Shown here: positions 19,361-28,646 of the stretch, in pieces
Numbering within the stretch: the stretch's first letter is position 1
Layout of the letters: the number at the start of each line of letters is the position of its first letter
Assembly (NCBI GenBank): GCA_965217775.1
Contig: CBDCJH010000002.1
Location: 5,888,001-5,952,000, forward strand
DNA from: Acidobacteriota bacterium
GTDB lineage: Bacteria; Acidobacteriota; UBA6911; RPQK01; JAJDTT01
Direction: 5' to 3'
DNA: 64,000 nucleotides
Program-made: the position numbers and the translations under genes
The notes under the pieces: generated by a model
The model's database searches: none
Seen by the model: the letters and a program-made list of their open reading frames with translations, nothing else
Told to the model about the DNA's origin: nothing

Positions 19361-19520
19361 CAGTCCGTGGTGAAAGTCGCGCGTAGCACCGAGACCGGGG
19401 CTGCGCCCGCCGGACAAGGCGCGGTGAGGGAGCATATTCGACCATATGTGACCGAGGCGCAACGCAGTCCGCCGGGATGCAGACTCGGTCGAATGCCGCG
19501 ACGACTTTTGCCACGGGCTG
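19361..19520 (+). mobile_element. MITE-A full copy (160 bp)
   Basis: TIRs CAGTCCGTGGTGAAAGTCG / CGACTTTTGCCACGGGCTG; flanks CTAA/TCAG do not match. Confidence 0.9.
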
Positions 19521-19526
19521 TCAGGT

Positions 19527-20093
19527 TCACCCGTTCACGACCGAACCAGGGTCGGCGCCGCCGTCGATTCGGCCCCAGAACCTGCGGAAGTATTCGACCA
19601 TGGAAGCGCAGGCCAGAAACACGACTACCCACAACAGGATTTCTCCGGCGCTCGCCAGCCCGGCGGAACCCCGCTGTCCCAGAATCAGGCAGCTCACGCA
19701 CAGGACCTGGGTCGCCATCTTGGCCTTCCCCAATCGGGAAGCGTCGATGGTGACTCCCTGTGCCGAGGCGATGCTTCTGAGTCCGGTTACGGCAAGCTCG
19801 CGGCCGATGACCAGGATCACCATCCAGGCGGGAGCCACCCCCCACTCCACCAGTGCGACCAGGGCCGCCGATATGAGCACTTTGTCCGCCACCGGATCCA
19901 GGAGCTTGCCCAGCGTGGTCACCTGCAGCCGTTTACGCGCAAGGTAGCCGTCGAAATAGTCGGTTGCCGAGGCGGCAAGGAACACGATGAATCCCCACAA
20001 TTCCCGATCCTTGAACTTCCCCGTCAGCAACACCACGAGAAGCAGCGGGACCAGGAAAATTCGCGAAACCGTAAGGGCGTTCGGCAGGTTCAT
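19527..20093 (-). CDS. pgsA: CDP-diacylglycerol--glycerol-3-phosphate 3-phosphatidyltransferase
   Basis: MNLPNALTVSR, TDYFDGYLAR, GKLLDPVADK. Confidence 0.95.
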   Translation of the reverse strand: MNLPNALTVSRIFLVPLLLVVLLTGKFKDRELWGFIVFLAASATDYFDGYLARKRLQVTTLGKLLDPVADKVLISAALVALVEWGVAPAWMVILVIGRELAVTGLRSIASAQGVTIDASRLGKAKMATQVLCVSCLILGQRGSAGLASAGEILLWVVVFLACASMVEYFRRFWGRIDGGADPGSVVNG

Positions 20094-20167
20094 GGGTGGT
20101 TAAAGTAACACAATCTCCGAAAGAGTCACAAACGATTCCAAGGGGCTCCGAGCCCACTTCCCCCCAG

Positions 20168-20327
20168 TAGTCCGTGGTGGAAGTCGCGCGAGCACCGAGA
20201 CCGTTCCTGCGCCCGCCGGACAAGGCGCAACGGAGGGAGCATACCGAGAGTCTGTGACCGAGTCGCAACGCAGTTCGCGCACGATGCAGGGACGGTCGAA
20301 TGCCGAGCCCACTTCCCCCACGGGCTG
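20168..20327 (+). mobile_element. MITE-A full copy (160 bp) with CCAG target duplication
   Basis: CCAG at 20164-20167 and 20328-20331. Confidence 0.9.
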
Positions 20328-20452
20328 CCAGGTTCGACGATTCGCACTGGCGAATGGCGGGTCCGGACCGGCTGCACAGCCCGAGTAAGCGGAACTTGCG
20401 TCAAATATGAAACTTTTTCGGTTATCCGGAGTCTAAATTTCGTCTGAAGGGA

Positions 20453-20481
20453 TTGACAAAAAGCGCAGGAATTCGTCAAAT
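20453..20481 (+). promoter_or_regulatory. Putative sigma70 promoter of the 3D-domain gene
   Basis: TTGACA-17-TCAAAT. Confidence 0.4.
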
Positions 20482-20513
20482 AGGCGGCCCGGAGTTTGGA
20501 GAGAGGTTCCGGA

Positions 20514-20984
20514 ATGACCCGAGTTGGAAAAGTTGTCCTTATTTTGTCCACTACGCTGGTGCTTGGCGTCTCCGCCGGGATCGGTCTGCTCTTGGATCCC
20601 GAATCGGGCGCGCTGCTCGGAGGTTTCCGGCGGGAATCGGGTTCCCCGCGGCAGTTTGTGGGACCGCGGGATTCCGGATATCGTGTCTTTGTCGCCACCG
20701 CCTACTGCATCAAGGGAGTGACCCGTTCCGGCGTGCGTGTCAAACGGGGGATCGTGGCGGCCGATCCGTCCAGAATTCCTCTGGGATCGGTGATCCAGGT
20801 GAGGGCCGGCAGCTACAGTGGGATCTACAGGGTTCTCGACACCGGTTCCGCGATCAAGGGCAGAATCATCGACATCTACGTTCCCGACTACAACGAGGCC
20901 ATGCGGTTCGGCAGACAACGGGTTCAGGTCCGGGTTCTGCGCCACGGCTGGGATCGGGAAATTCCCACGGATACGCTGAGCTAG
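20514..20984 (+). CDS. 3D-domain (Asp-Asp-Asp) cell-wall protein
   Basis: ATAYC..GVTRSG..VAADPSRIPLGS..DTGSAIKGRIIDIY. Confidence 0.92.
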   Translation: MTRVGKVVLILSTTLVLGVSAGIGLLLDPESGALLGGFRRESGSPRQFVGPRDSGYRVFVATAYCIKGVTRSGVRVKRGIVAADPSRIPLGSVIQVRAGSYSGIYRVLDTGSAIKGRIIDIYVPDYNEAMRFGRQRVQVRVLRHGWDREIPTDTLS

Positions 20985-21018
20985 CGATCCTCTCAACAAC
21001 CGGGTCCTTCCCGCCGGT

Positions 21019-21027
21019 TGCTATAAT
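21019..21027 (+). promoter_or_regulatory. Extended -10 promoter of uvrC (probably leaderless)
   Basis: TGCTATAAT 8 nt before the ATG; no SD. Confidence 0.65.
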
Positions 21028-21035
21028 TCCGCTCG

Positions 21036-22856
21036 ATGAGTGAGGAGATTCTGGAGGCCCGGCTCGGGCACCTGCCCGACAAGTGCGGCGTCTACCTGTT
21101 CCGGGACGCCGAGCAGCGCATCATCTACATCGGTAAGGGCAAGAGCCTCAGGCACCGGGTGCGCTCCTACTTCCAATCCAGCCGGTCCTGGGACCAGAAG
21201 ACGGAAGTTCTGAAGCGTCAGATTCGGGATCTTGAGTTCATCGTCACCGATACCGAAGTGGAAGCCCTCATCCTGGAGAGCAACCTGGTCCGCAAACACA
21301 AGCCCAAGTTCAATGTGAACTTGAAGGACGATAAATCCTTCCTGCTGGTGAAGCTGACGGTGAACGAGGACTTCCCCAGGGTCCTGCTGACGCGGCGCAA
21401 GCTGCGAGACGGGGCCCTCTACTTCGGGCCCTTACTTCCGGCCTCTCTGGCCCGCAATACCATCAAGATCATCAATCGCCACTTTCTGCTCCGAACCTGC
21501 GACCTGGAGATCGACGGAAGTCTGGATCGACCCTGTCTCGAGTACTACATCAAACGCTGCCTGGGTCCGTGCGTAGCGGGTCTCTGCTCCCAGTCCCAGT
21601 ACACCGCGGCGGTCAGGGACGTGATCCTGCTGCTCGAGGGAAAGAACCAGGAATTGCTCCGGAATCTGACTCGCCGGATGCTCGCCGCCTCCGAGAAACT
21701 GCAGTTCGAGACGGCGGCCTTCTACCGGGATCGAATCCGCATGGTCCGGGAACTCAATGAGAAGCAGAAGATGATTCTGAGTGGGCCGTCAGACGTGGAC
21801 ATCTTCGCCTACTACCGGGAGGGGCCCCGATTGGCCCTCCAACTCTTCACCATGCGGAACGCCAGGATCGTCGGGAAACGGGAGTTCTACTGGGAGGACC
21901 TGGAGTATTTCCATCCCGCTCGTTTCCTGAGGGATGCTCTCCAGCAATACTACCTGAACTCCGGCTTCGTTCCCGCGGAGATCTATCTTCCCGCCGAGGC
22001 CGTGGACCAGGAACTGATCCGGACCTGGCTCGACAAACGGCGAACCATCGGACAACGGCGGCAGGTGCGCATTCTGGTGCCCCGGAGGGGGGACAAGCAC
22101 GACCTCCTGCTATTGGTCGAACGCAACGCCAAGGTGGCTTTCGAGCGCCGTTTCAAAGTTTTGAGGACGGCCCGATTGAAGGTCTTGGAGGAGCTCCGGA
22201 GTCTTCTGGCCCTGGAGGAGACTCCCGCTCGCATCGAGGCCTTCGATGTCTCCAACATCCAGGGAGAGGAGACGGTCGCCTCCATGGTGGTCTGTCTGGA
22301 GGGACGCATGGAGCATGGCGACTACCGGAAATACCGGATCAGGACGGTGTCCGGCCCCGACGACTATGCGGCCATGCGGGAGGCCGTCCGCCGGAGATAC
22401 CGGCGTCTGCTGGAAGAAAAACAGACCCTTCCCCATTTGATTCTCATCGACGGAGGCAAGGGACAATTGCACAGCGCGTATCAGGCGCTATCCGAGTTGG
22501 GGATCGAAGACACGCCCCTGATCAGCCTGGCAAAGCGGGAGGAGCACATCTTCGTCAAAGGGAGGGAGGATGCCCTCGTCCTGGACCGCGGCTCGCCCCT
22601 GTTGCATCTGGTCCAGGAGATCCGGGACGAAGCGCATCGTTTCGCGGTCAGCTACCATCGCAAGCGCCGCTCGATTCGGGATTTCGGCTCCGAGCTGGAC
22701 CGGATCCGCGGCATCGGCGAGAAACGCAAGAAGCGGCTGTTGCGCAACTTCGGCAGCGTCAATCGAATCCGGCGGGCCACCACCGAAGAGTTGGTCCCTT
22801 TCCTGGGAGAAAAGCTGGCCATCCGCGTCAAGGAGGGCCTGTCCGGATCAAGCTGA
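21036..22856 (+). CDS. uvrC: Excinuclease ABC subunit C
   Basis: GIY-YIG (GVYLF..IYIGK), IEAFDVSN, LIDGGKGQ, RDEAHRFA, HhH. Confidence 0.97.
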   Translation: MSEEILEARLGHLPDKCGVYLFRDAEQRIIYIGKGKSLRHRVRSYFQSSRSWDQKTEVLKRQIRDLEFIVTDTEVEALILESNLVRKHKPKFNVNLKDDKSFLLVKLTVNEDFPRVLLTRRKLRDGALYFGPLLPASLARNTIKIINRHFLLRTCDLEIDGSLDRPCLEYYIKRCLGPCVAGLCSQSQYTAAVRDVILLLEGKNQELLRNLTRRMLAASEKLQFETAAFYRDRIRMVRELNEKQKMILSGPSDVDIFAYYREGPRLALQLFTMRNARIVGKREFYWEDLEYFHPARFLRDALQQYYLNSGFVPAEIYLPAEAVDQELIRTWLDKRRTIGQRRQVRILVPRRGDKHDLLLLVERNAKVAFERRFKVLRTARLKVLEELRSLLALEETPARIEAFDVSNIQGEETVASMVVCLEGRMEHGDYRKYRIRTVSGPDDYAAMREAVRRRYRRLLEEKQTLPHLILIDGGKGQLHSAYQALSELGIEDTPLISLAKREEHIFVKGREDALVLDRGSPLLHLVQEIRDEAHRFAVSYHRKRRSIRDFGSELDRIRGIGEKRKKRLLRNFGSVNRIRRATTEELVPFLGEKLAIRVKEGLSGSS

Positions 22857-23080
22857 GGGAGCGACGGCATTCCTGCCGCCGAACGGGAGCGGCGACACGG
22901 TCCAGCCACCGCCGTCCGGATCGCTCATGAGCGATCCGGACGGCCCTATTTAAACAGACAAGCGGCGGCTTTCTTGCCGCCGAACGCCAGAGCAACGGCC
23001 AAGTGATGCGGGAGCGGGCGAAGAACGGACGCCCAACGGAAGGTGGAGAAAGATGGGGACAGGAATGTCCCCTCTCCTAC
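22857..23080. repeat. Cluster of REP-like hairpins plus a perfect 34-bp palindrome between convergent genes
   Basis: GGGAGCGACGGCATTCCTGCCGCCG (22857); palindrome 22911-22944; AGCGGCGGCTTTCTTGCCGCCG (22961); GGGGACAGGAATGTCCCCTCTCCTAC (23055). Confidence 0.75.
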
Positions 23081-23652
23081 CCGTACACGTGGGTGTTGTA
23101 GAAGGGGGCGAAAGCCGCGGTGAGAGCCAAGGCGTAGGACTGGTCCCGGTTGAGGAGCTCCTGGCTCAGGAGCATCCAGCCTTCCTGTCCGGATTGAAGC
23201 TGCCGAACTCGGCAGAATCGGTCGATGACGATCTCCAGCTCGATCCCTCGATCGATCACCGGATCGGCAATTCGAGATGGAACCGATATCCCGTTGCCGT
23301 GGCCGAAATAGCCGCTGTAACCGTCGGACACGTAGACCCAACTCTCCAGGACGACCTGCCGCCGAGCCCCCGAGGAAGCGATCACGTTGAATCCTTCCTC
23401 CAGCCCGACGTAGAAGTCGGCCTCGCTCCGCTCCCGCTTCAGCTGCATGGTGAGATGGTCCACACGACTCAGCACGCTCCAGGACAGGTCCGCCGAGGTC
23501 GTGGGGATCTTCGGAGCGTCGGTGGGGACGTCGTAACAGAGAAAGTCGACGCGATCATCGATCCCACGAGGCATCCGGTTCGCGAGCTGTTCCCAGATCT
23601 GCTTTACGGCATTCACCTTGGCGGGCCGAGTACTCCCAACGGCGACTCTCAT
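23077..23652 (-). CDS. DUF84 / inosine-xanthosine triphosphatase (YjjX)-like protein
   Basis: MRVAVGSTRPAKVNAV, ADFYVGLEEG, ALTAAFAPF. Confidence 0.75.
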   Translation of the reverse strand: MRVAVGSTRPAKVNAVKQIWEQLANRMPRGIDDRVDFLCYDVPTDAPKIPTTSADLSWSVLSRVDHLTMQLKRERSEADFYVGLEEGFNVIASSGARRQVVLESWVYVSDGYSGYFGHGNGISVPSRIADPVIDRGIELEIVIDRFCRVRQLQSGQEGWMLLSQELLNRDQSYALALTAAFAPFYNTHVYG

Positions 23653-23667
23653 CTCAATTCAGTCTAG

Positions 23668-23706
23668 CAGCCCATGGCGACTTTTTTCGATGCCGCATTC
23701 GATCCG
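23668..23706 (-). mobile_element. Degenerate MITE-A end
   Basis: CTAG followed by CAGCCCATGG...GCATTCGATCCG resembles CAGCCCGTGG...GGCATTCGACCG. Confidence 0.5.
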
Positions 23707-23715
23707 TTTCATACC

Positions 23716-24522
23716 TCACCGGCCTCTTCCACTCCTCCTCTTGGGTGATGCGGACTGCAGCATTTCGAGTAAGTCATGGTGAATCCGGCCATTGCTGGCC
23801 AGGACCGTCCGTTCCTCCAATTGGAACGGCGAACCGTCCAGATTGTTGACCCTTCCTCCGGCCTCCTCCACCACCAACCAGCCGGCCGCCATGTCCCAGG
23901 GACTCAGGCTCAACTCCCAGTAACCGTCATAACGCCCACAGGCGACGTAGCAGAGATCGAGCGCAGCCGAGCCATCTCGACGCACCGCCTGGACCTTGCG
24001 GGACACCTGTGCGAACAGGTCCAGGTTCAACTCCATCTCCCGGTAATCGTAAGAGAAACCGGTGGCGAGAAAGCCGTTTCGCAGATCGGATTGTTCGGAC
24101 ACGCGGATCGACTTGCCGTTGAGTTGCGCGCCGCTGCCCGACGTCGCCGAAAAGAGCTCTTCCGCCACCGGATCGTAGACGACTCCCAACTGGATCCGGC
24201 CTTCGACCCGATAGGCCACGGAGACGCTGAAAAAGGGGTACCGGTGGGAATAGTTGGTGGTGCCGTCCAAGGGATCGATCACCCATTGCCGCTCGCCCGC
24301 TCCATGAACGCCTGATTCCTCGGCCAGAATGGAATCATGGGGGAAATGGCGCCGGATGGTGTCGATAATGGTCCTCTCGGCGGCGAGATCGGCGTCCGTC
24401 ACCAAGTTTCTGGGACCCTTGGCGGACACCTCCACGCCGGAGTCCAGGTATTCCAGCAGGACTCGGCCACCCTCCAGTGCGGCGTCCCTGGCCACCGCCA
24501 TGATTGCGCTCGTTTCCATCAC
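23716..24522 (-). CDS. suhB: Inositol monophosphatase family protein
   Basis: WVIDPLDGTTNY, GSAALDLCYVACGRYDGYWE, PWDMAAG. Confidence 0.92.
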   Translation of the reverse strand: MMETSAIMAVARDAALEGGRVLLEYLDSGVEVSAKGPRNLVTDADLAAERTIIDTIRRHFPHDSILAEESGVHGAGERQWVIDPLDGTTNYSHRYPFFSVSVAYRVEGRIQLGVVYDPVAEELFSATSGSGAQLNGKSIRVSEQSDLRNGFLATGFSYDYREMELNLDLFAQVSRKVQAVRRDGSAALDLCYVACGRYDGYWELSLSPWDMAAGWLVVEEAGGRVNNLDGSPFQLEERTVLASNGRIHHDLLEMLQSASPKRRSGRGR

Positions 24523-25016
24523 GTGGCCCCGCCGGTCCGGACCAGGAGCACGACCGACTGAACGGCAATCCCCTCGCGGCGGCCGATCGTGCCGCAGCCT
24601 TCCATTGTCGTCGCCTTGAGGCCGATCCGTCCCGGCTCCACCGAAAGCAGCCTCGCCAGATTCGCCTTCATGGCCTCCACGTGGGGCTGGATCCGGGGGG
24701 CTTCCGCCAGCACGGTGATGTCCAGGTTGATGACGGCGAACCCCCGGTCCCGGACCAGCTCGTACGCCTTCTCCAAAAGCATCAGACTGGAGCTGTCGCG
24801 GTAAGCCGGATCGGAGTCGGGAAACCAGGTGCCGATGTCCCTCAGCCCGGCGGCGCCCAGCAGGGCGTCGGTCACCGCATGGAGCAGAGCGTCGGCGTCC
24901 GAGTGCCCCTGCAACCCCAGTGGGTGCGGGATCCGGACTCCACCCAGCAAGAGGCGCCGATCCTGTCCAAAAGGGTGAAAGTCGAATCCCAGGCCGACAC
25001 GAAATCCTTCCGTCAT
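24519..25016 (-). CDS. ispF: 2-C-methyl-D-erythritol 2,4-cyclodiphosphate synthase
   Basis: RVGLGFDFH, GHSDADALLHA, KATTMEG. Confidence 0.95.
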   Translation of the reverse strand: MTEGFRVGLGFDFHPFGQDRRLLLGGVRIPHPLGLQGHSDADALLHAVTDALLGAAGLRDIGTWFPDSDPAYRDSSSLMLLEKAYELVRDRGFAVINLDITVLAEAPRIQPHVEAMKANLARLLSVEPGRIGLKATTMEGCGTIGRREGIAVQSVVLLVRTGGAT

Positions 25017-25080
25017 GTCCGCACTCGGTTCCTTCGAAGGCCTGGAAGCGTTTCCGAACTGCCGCCCACCGTGCGGGATC

Positions 25081-25731
25081 TCACAGGTCCCCCTCGAATG
25101 TGACCTTGAGGTTCCTGGGGTCTCCCTCCACCGCCTGAATCTCCACTCCAATGCGCTCCACCAGGGAGGCTTCGTCGGTCCCGTAGAAGTCGTCCTGCCC
25201 GGCTTGCCGGACGGCCTCCCTGAGGACTTCGGCCGGAAATCCCTGCGGCGTCTGGGCCAAGCCCAGGCGCTCACGCTCCAAGGTTCGCTCCACCCTGCCC
25301 GAAACCACCTCCTTCACCGTGTCCCGAATCTTCAGGATAGGGACCGCAGCGCTCCCTCGGCAGACCGCCCGGATCACCCGGGCTATGAGCGGGGCATCAA
25401 CGAAGGGCCGGGCCGCATCGTGGACCAGGACGATCTCCACGCGAGGCGAGAGTAGTTGGAGACCCCTGGCCACGGTATCCTGACGGTGGCGCCCACCTGG
25501 GGCCACCCGTAACTTCTTGTCCCTGGAAGCCCCTGTCGACAGCTCCTTTCGGACCGTCTCGATCCAGTCGTCCGGCACCAGTATCACCGCCTCGTCCAGG
25601 AAGGGAAGGAAGGGATCGAGGGCCAGCCGATAAAGGCGCTCCCCTCCCATCCTCAAGAACTGTTTTGGGATCTGGGAGCCGAAACGGGAGCCCTTGCCGG
25701 CAGCCGCCAGAATCAGTCCGGTCAATGTCAA
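25081..25731 (-). CDS. ispD: 2-C-methyl-D-erythritol 4-phosphate cytidylyltransferase
   Basis: AAAGKGSRFG..PKQF, VLVHDAARP, QTPQGF; TTGA overlap with the radA stop. Confidence 0.93.
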   Translation of the reverse strand: MTLTGLILAAAGKGSRFGSQIPKQFLRMGGERLYRLALDPFLPFLDEAVILVPDDWIETVRKELSTGASRDKKLRVAPGGRHRQDTVARGLQLLSPRVEIVLVHDAARPFVDAPLIARVIRAVCRGSAAVPILKIRDTVKEVVSGRVERTLERERLGLAQTPQGFPAEVLREAVRQAGQDDFYGTDEASLVERIGVEIQAVEGDPRNLKVTFEGDL

Positions 25732-27095
25732 GGCCCGATTCCCGGGAACGCGATCGCTTCGAGGCACTCGCCGACCGTGGCCACGCCCTGCAAAGAGACC
25801 CCACGAACCGGTTCACTCAAAGGCAGGCTGTTGGCGGGCAGAATCAGGTTTCGAAATCCCATCATTGACGCTTCCTTGACCCGGTTTTGGGGGAAGCTGA
25901 CGGCCCGGATCTCACCAGCGAGGCCGACTTCTCCGAAGACGACCGTCGACTCGGGAAGAGGGTGGTTTCCCAGGCTCGACACGATGGCTGCAACGATGGC
26001 CAGGTCCACTCCCGGCTCGGTCAAGGAGAAGCCGCCGGCAACGTTGATGTAGACGTCGCTACCCAGAAGATCCAGCCCCAGACGCTTCTCCAGCATGGCC
26101 AGGAGCAGTGCCACCCGGTTGGAGTCGACTCCGTCCGTCATCCGCCTGGCGGCGCTGAAACCACTCTGGCTGACCAGAGCCTGGACTTCCACGAGAACCG
26201 GCCTCGAACCCTCCATGGTGCAGGTGACGGCGGATCCCGAAACTTGCTCGCTACGCTGGGACAGGAATAGCCTGGACGGATTCTCGACGCAGCGGAGTCC
26301 GCGGCTGGACATTTCGAAGATGCCCAGCTCGTTGGACGGACCGAATCGGTTCTTGACCGCCCGGACGATCTTTTCGTTCCGGTGACGAGTCCCCTCGAAG
26401 TAGAGCACCACGTCCACAATGTGCTCCAGCGCCTTGGGCCCGGCCAGAGCGCCGTCTTTGGTGATGTGTCCGATCAGAAGGATCGGAACACCCTCCCGCT
26501 TGGCAAAGACCAGAAGCTCGGCGGCGCAGTCCCGAATCTGGCTGATGCTGCCCGGGATGGAATCGGAGGCCTCGCTGAACACGGTCTGGATCGAGTCCAC
26601 GATCACCACCGACGGCCGGAGGCTCCCGATCTGGTCCAGGATCCGCTCCAGACAGGTCTCTCCCAGCAGGTAGAGCCGCGTCCCCTTGACCTGCAACCGA
26701 TCACCGCGAAGGCGAATCTGCTCGACGGACTCCTCTCCCGCCACGTAGAGGACAGGCTGGCCCTGGTTCGAGAGGCTCTCGGCCACCTGAAGCAAAAGGG
26801 TCGACTTGCCGATTCCCGGCTCTCCTCCCAACAGAATCAGGGAACCGGGCACGATCCCGCCGCCCAGGGTCCGGTCGACCTCCGAGTTGCCCGTAGTCAT
26901 CCGTTGCAGCCCGCTGCCCTGAATCTCAGCGTAAGCGTGCGCCGGCACGGCCGGTCTGGATTTACCCGAAGTGGAAACCTTTTCCTCCACCAGGGCGTTC
27001 CAGTCACCGCAAGAGGGGCAACGGCCGAACCACTTGGGACTCTGGAAGCCGCACTCGCTGCAGACGTGCAGGTGCTTGAGAGGGGCTGCAACCAT
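25728..27095 (-). CDS. radA: DNA repair protein RadA/Sms
   Basis: C4 Zn finger, GGEPGIGKSTLL, KNRFG. Confidence 0.97.
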   Translation of the reverse strand: MVAAPLKHLHVCSECGFQSPKWFGRCPSCGDWNALVEEKVSTSGKSRPAVPAHAYAEIQGSGLQRMTTGNSEVDRTLGGGIVPGSLILLGGEPGIGKSTLLLQVAESLSNQGQPVLYVAGEESVEQIRLRGDRLQVKGTRLYLLGETCLERILDQIGSLRPSVVIVDSIQTVFSEASDSIPGSISQIRDCAAELLVFAKREGVPILLIGHITKDGALAGPKALEHIVDVVLYFEGTRHRNEKIVRAVKNRFGPSNELGIFEMSSRGLRCVENPSRLFLSQRSEQVSGSAVTCTMEGSRPVLVEVQALVSQSGFSAARRMTDGVDSNRVALLLAMLEKRLGLDLLGSDVYINVAGGFSLTEPGVDLAIVAAIVSSLGNHPLPESTVVFGEVGLAGEIRAVSFPQNRVKEASMMGFRNLILPANSLPLSEPVRGVSLQGVATVGECLEAIAFPGIGP

Positions 27096-27109
27096 TGTGG
27101 GAATTCTAT

Positions 27110-27132
27110 CAGCCCGTGGTGAAAGTCGTCGC
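27110..27132 (-). mobile_element. Solo MITE-A terminus
   Basis: CAGCCCGTGGTGAAAGTCGTCGC is near-identical to the end at 48152. Confidence 0.8.
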
Positions 27133-27165
27133 TTCCGGTCCGGCAGAGGCTGCGCCGTCTCCGGG

Positions 27166-28515
27166 CTATGCGGGGTTCTCGAAACGGGTCCACTGATCCA
27201 CGAACGCCAGCTTCACCCGGCCAGTGGGACCGTTTCGCTGTTTGCCGATGATGATCTGGGCATAGCGGTCCTCGTCGTCCAGGTCCTCCTCTTTCTTGTA
27301 GAAGGACTCTCGAAAGATGAAGAGGACCACGTCGGCGTCCTGCTCGATGGAACCGGACTCGCGCAGATCCGACAGCAGGGGCTCGTGGTTCCCACGCCTC
27401 TGCTCCGGAGCCCGGCTCAACTGGGAGATGGCGATCAGAGGCAGGTTCAGCTCTTTGGCAAGAGCCTTCAGCGACCGGCTGATGGTGGATATCTCCTGCT
27501 GCCGGTTCTCGTGGCGCCGGCGTCCGGAGGCCTCTCCCGACATCAGCTGGAGATAATCCACGATGAGCAGATCCAGTCCCTGTTCCGACGCCAGCCGCCG
27601 GGACTTGGAACGCATCTCCAACAGGGAGATGCCGGGAGTGTCGTCGATGAAGAGCCGAGCCTGGGAGAGGCGGCTCAGAGCGCCGGCCATCAAAGTCCAG
27701 TCCTGTTTGGAAAGGAATCCGGAGCGCATTTTGTGGCTGTCCACCCGAGCCTCGGAGCAGAGCAGCCGCAGCGCCAACTGCTGGGAGGACATCTCCAGGC
27801 TGAATACACCCGCCACCTTCTGCTGCTGCACCGTCACGTGCTGGGCAATGTTCAGTGCCAGACTGGTCTTTCCCAGACCGGGCCGCGCCGCGATGATGAT
27901 GAGATCGGAGTCCTGCAGGCCCGACATCATCTGATCCAGTTGGGTGAAGCCCGTGGCGACCCCGGTGACCACTCCCTTGTGCTCGTTGAGGCGCTCCACG
28001 TGCCTGTAGGCCGAGGAAAGGAGTTCCTGCAGAGGGGCGAATCCGGTGCGGGATCTTTCTTGGCCGATCTGGAAAATGGCCTTCTCCGCCTCCTCCAGGA
28101 GGAGACCGGGATCCTCCTCGTCGGAAAAACTGCGATTCAGAATGTCATTGGCGGAGTGGACCAGCTTTCGAAGGATGGCCTTCTCCTTGACGATGCGGGC
28201 GTAGTGTTCGATGTTGGAGACACGGGGAACGCCGTCCACGAGAGAGGCGATATAGGAAACGCCTCCGACCGCGTCCAGGTCGGTGCTCCGCGCCAATTCT
28301 TCCCGCAAGGTCAGGATGTCGATGGCCCGGGACGCTCCGGCCAGGGAGACGATGGTGTCGTAGATGCGGCGGTGGCTTTCCAGATAGAAGTCTTCGCTGA
28401 CCAGCAACTCGGCCGCCTGGTCGAATACCTGGTTGTCCAGCAGCACCGCCCCCAGGACGGCTCGCTCGGCTTCGGCGCTGTGGGGGAGTGTCTTCTCCAG
28501 GGAGGAGGAATTCAT
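27166..28515 (-). CDS. dnaB: Replicative DNA helicase
   Basis: AARPGLGKT, IVDYLQLM, SQLSR, DLRESGSIEQDAD, KQRNGPTG. Confidence 0.97.
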   Translation of the reverse strand: MNSSSLEKTLPHSAEAERAVLGAVLLDNQVFDQAAELLVSEDFYLESHRRIYDTIVSLAGASRAIDILTLREELARSTDLDAVGGVSYIASLVDGVPRVSNIEHYARIVKEKAILRKLVHSANDILNRSFSDEEDPGLLLEEAEKAIFQIGQERSRTGFAPLQELLSSAYRHVERLNEHKGVVTGVATGFTQLDQMMSGLQDSDLIIIAARPGLGKTSLALNIAQHVTVQQQKVAGVFSLEMSSQQLALRLLCSEARVDSHKMRSGFLSKQDWTLMAGALSRLSQARLFIDDTPGISLLEMRSKSRRLASEQGLDLLIVDYLQLMSGEASGRRRHENRQQEISTISRSLKALAKELNLPLIAISQLSRAPEQRRGNHEPLLSDLRESGSIEQDADVVLFIFRESFYKKEEDLDDEDRYAQIIIGKQRNGPTGRVKLAFVDQWTRFENPA

Positions 28516-28595
28516 GTGCCCCGATTATATGGGGATTGGCGCAGGATGCGGAAGTCGGTCAACAAGCCCGACGCGATTGTCACGGCTGTGGTGGA

Positions 28596-28641
28596 CTGGG
28601 AGTCTGCGCGGTAGATCAATTTCTGCGGCGCAGGCTCCCAG
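28596..28641. terminator. Hairpin downstream of rplI
   Basis: CTGGGAGTCTGCGC...GCGCAGGCTCCCAG; no clear U-tract. Confidence 0.35.
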
Positions 28642-28646
28642 GAAAT

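Noticed and set aside
20332-20513. c-di-AMP (ydaO) riboswitch expected upstream of a 3D-domain gene
   Set aside because: Conserved GCTGAA/GGGGA/GTCAGCT elements are not found.
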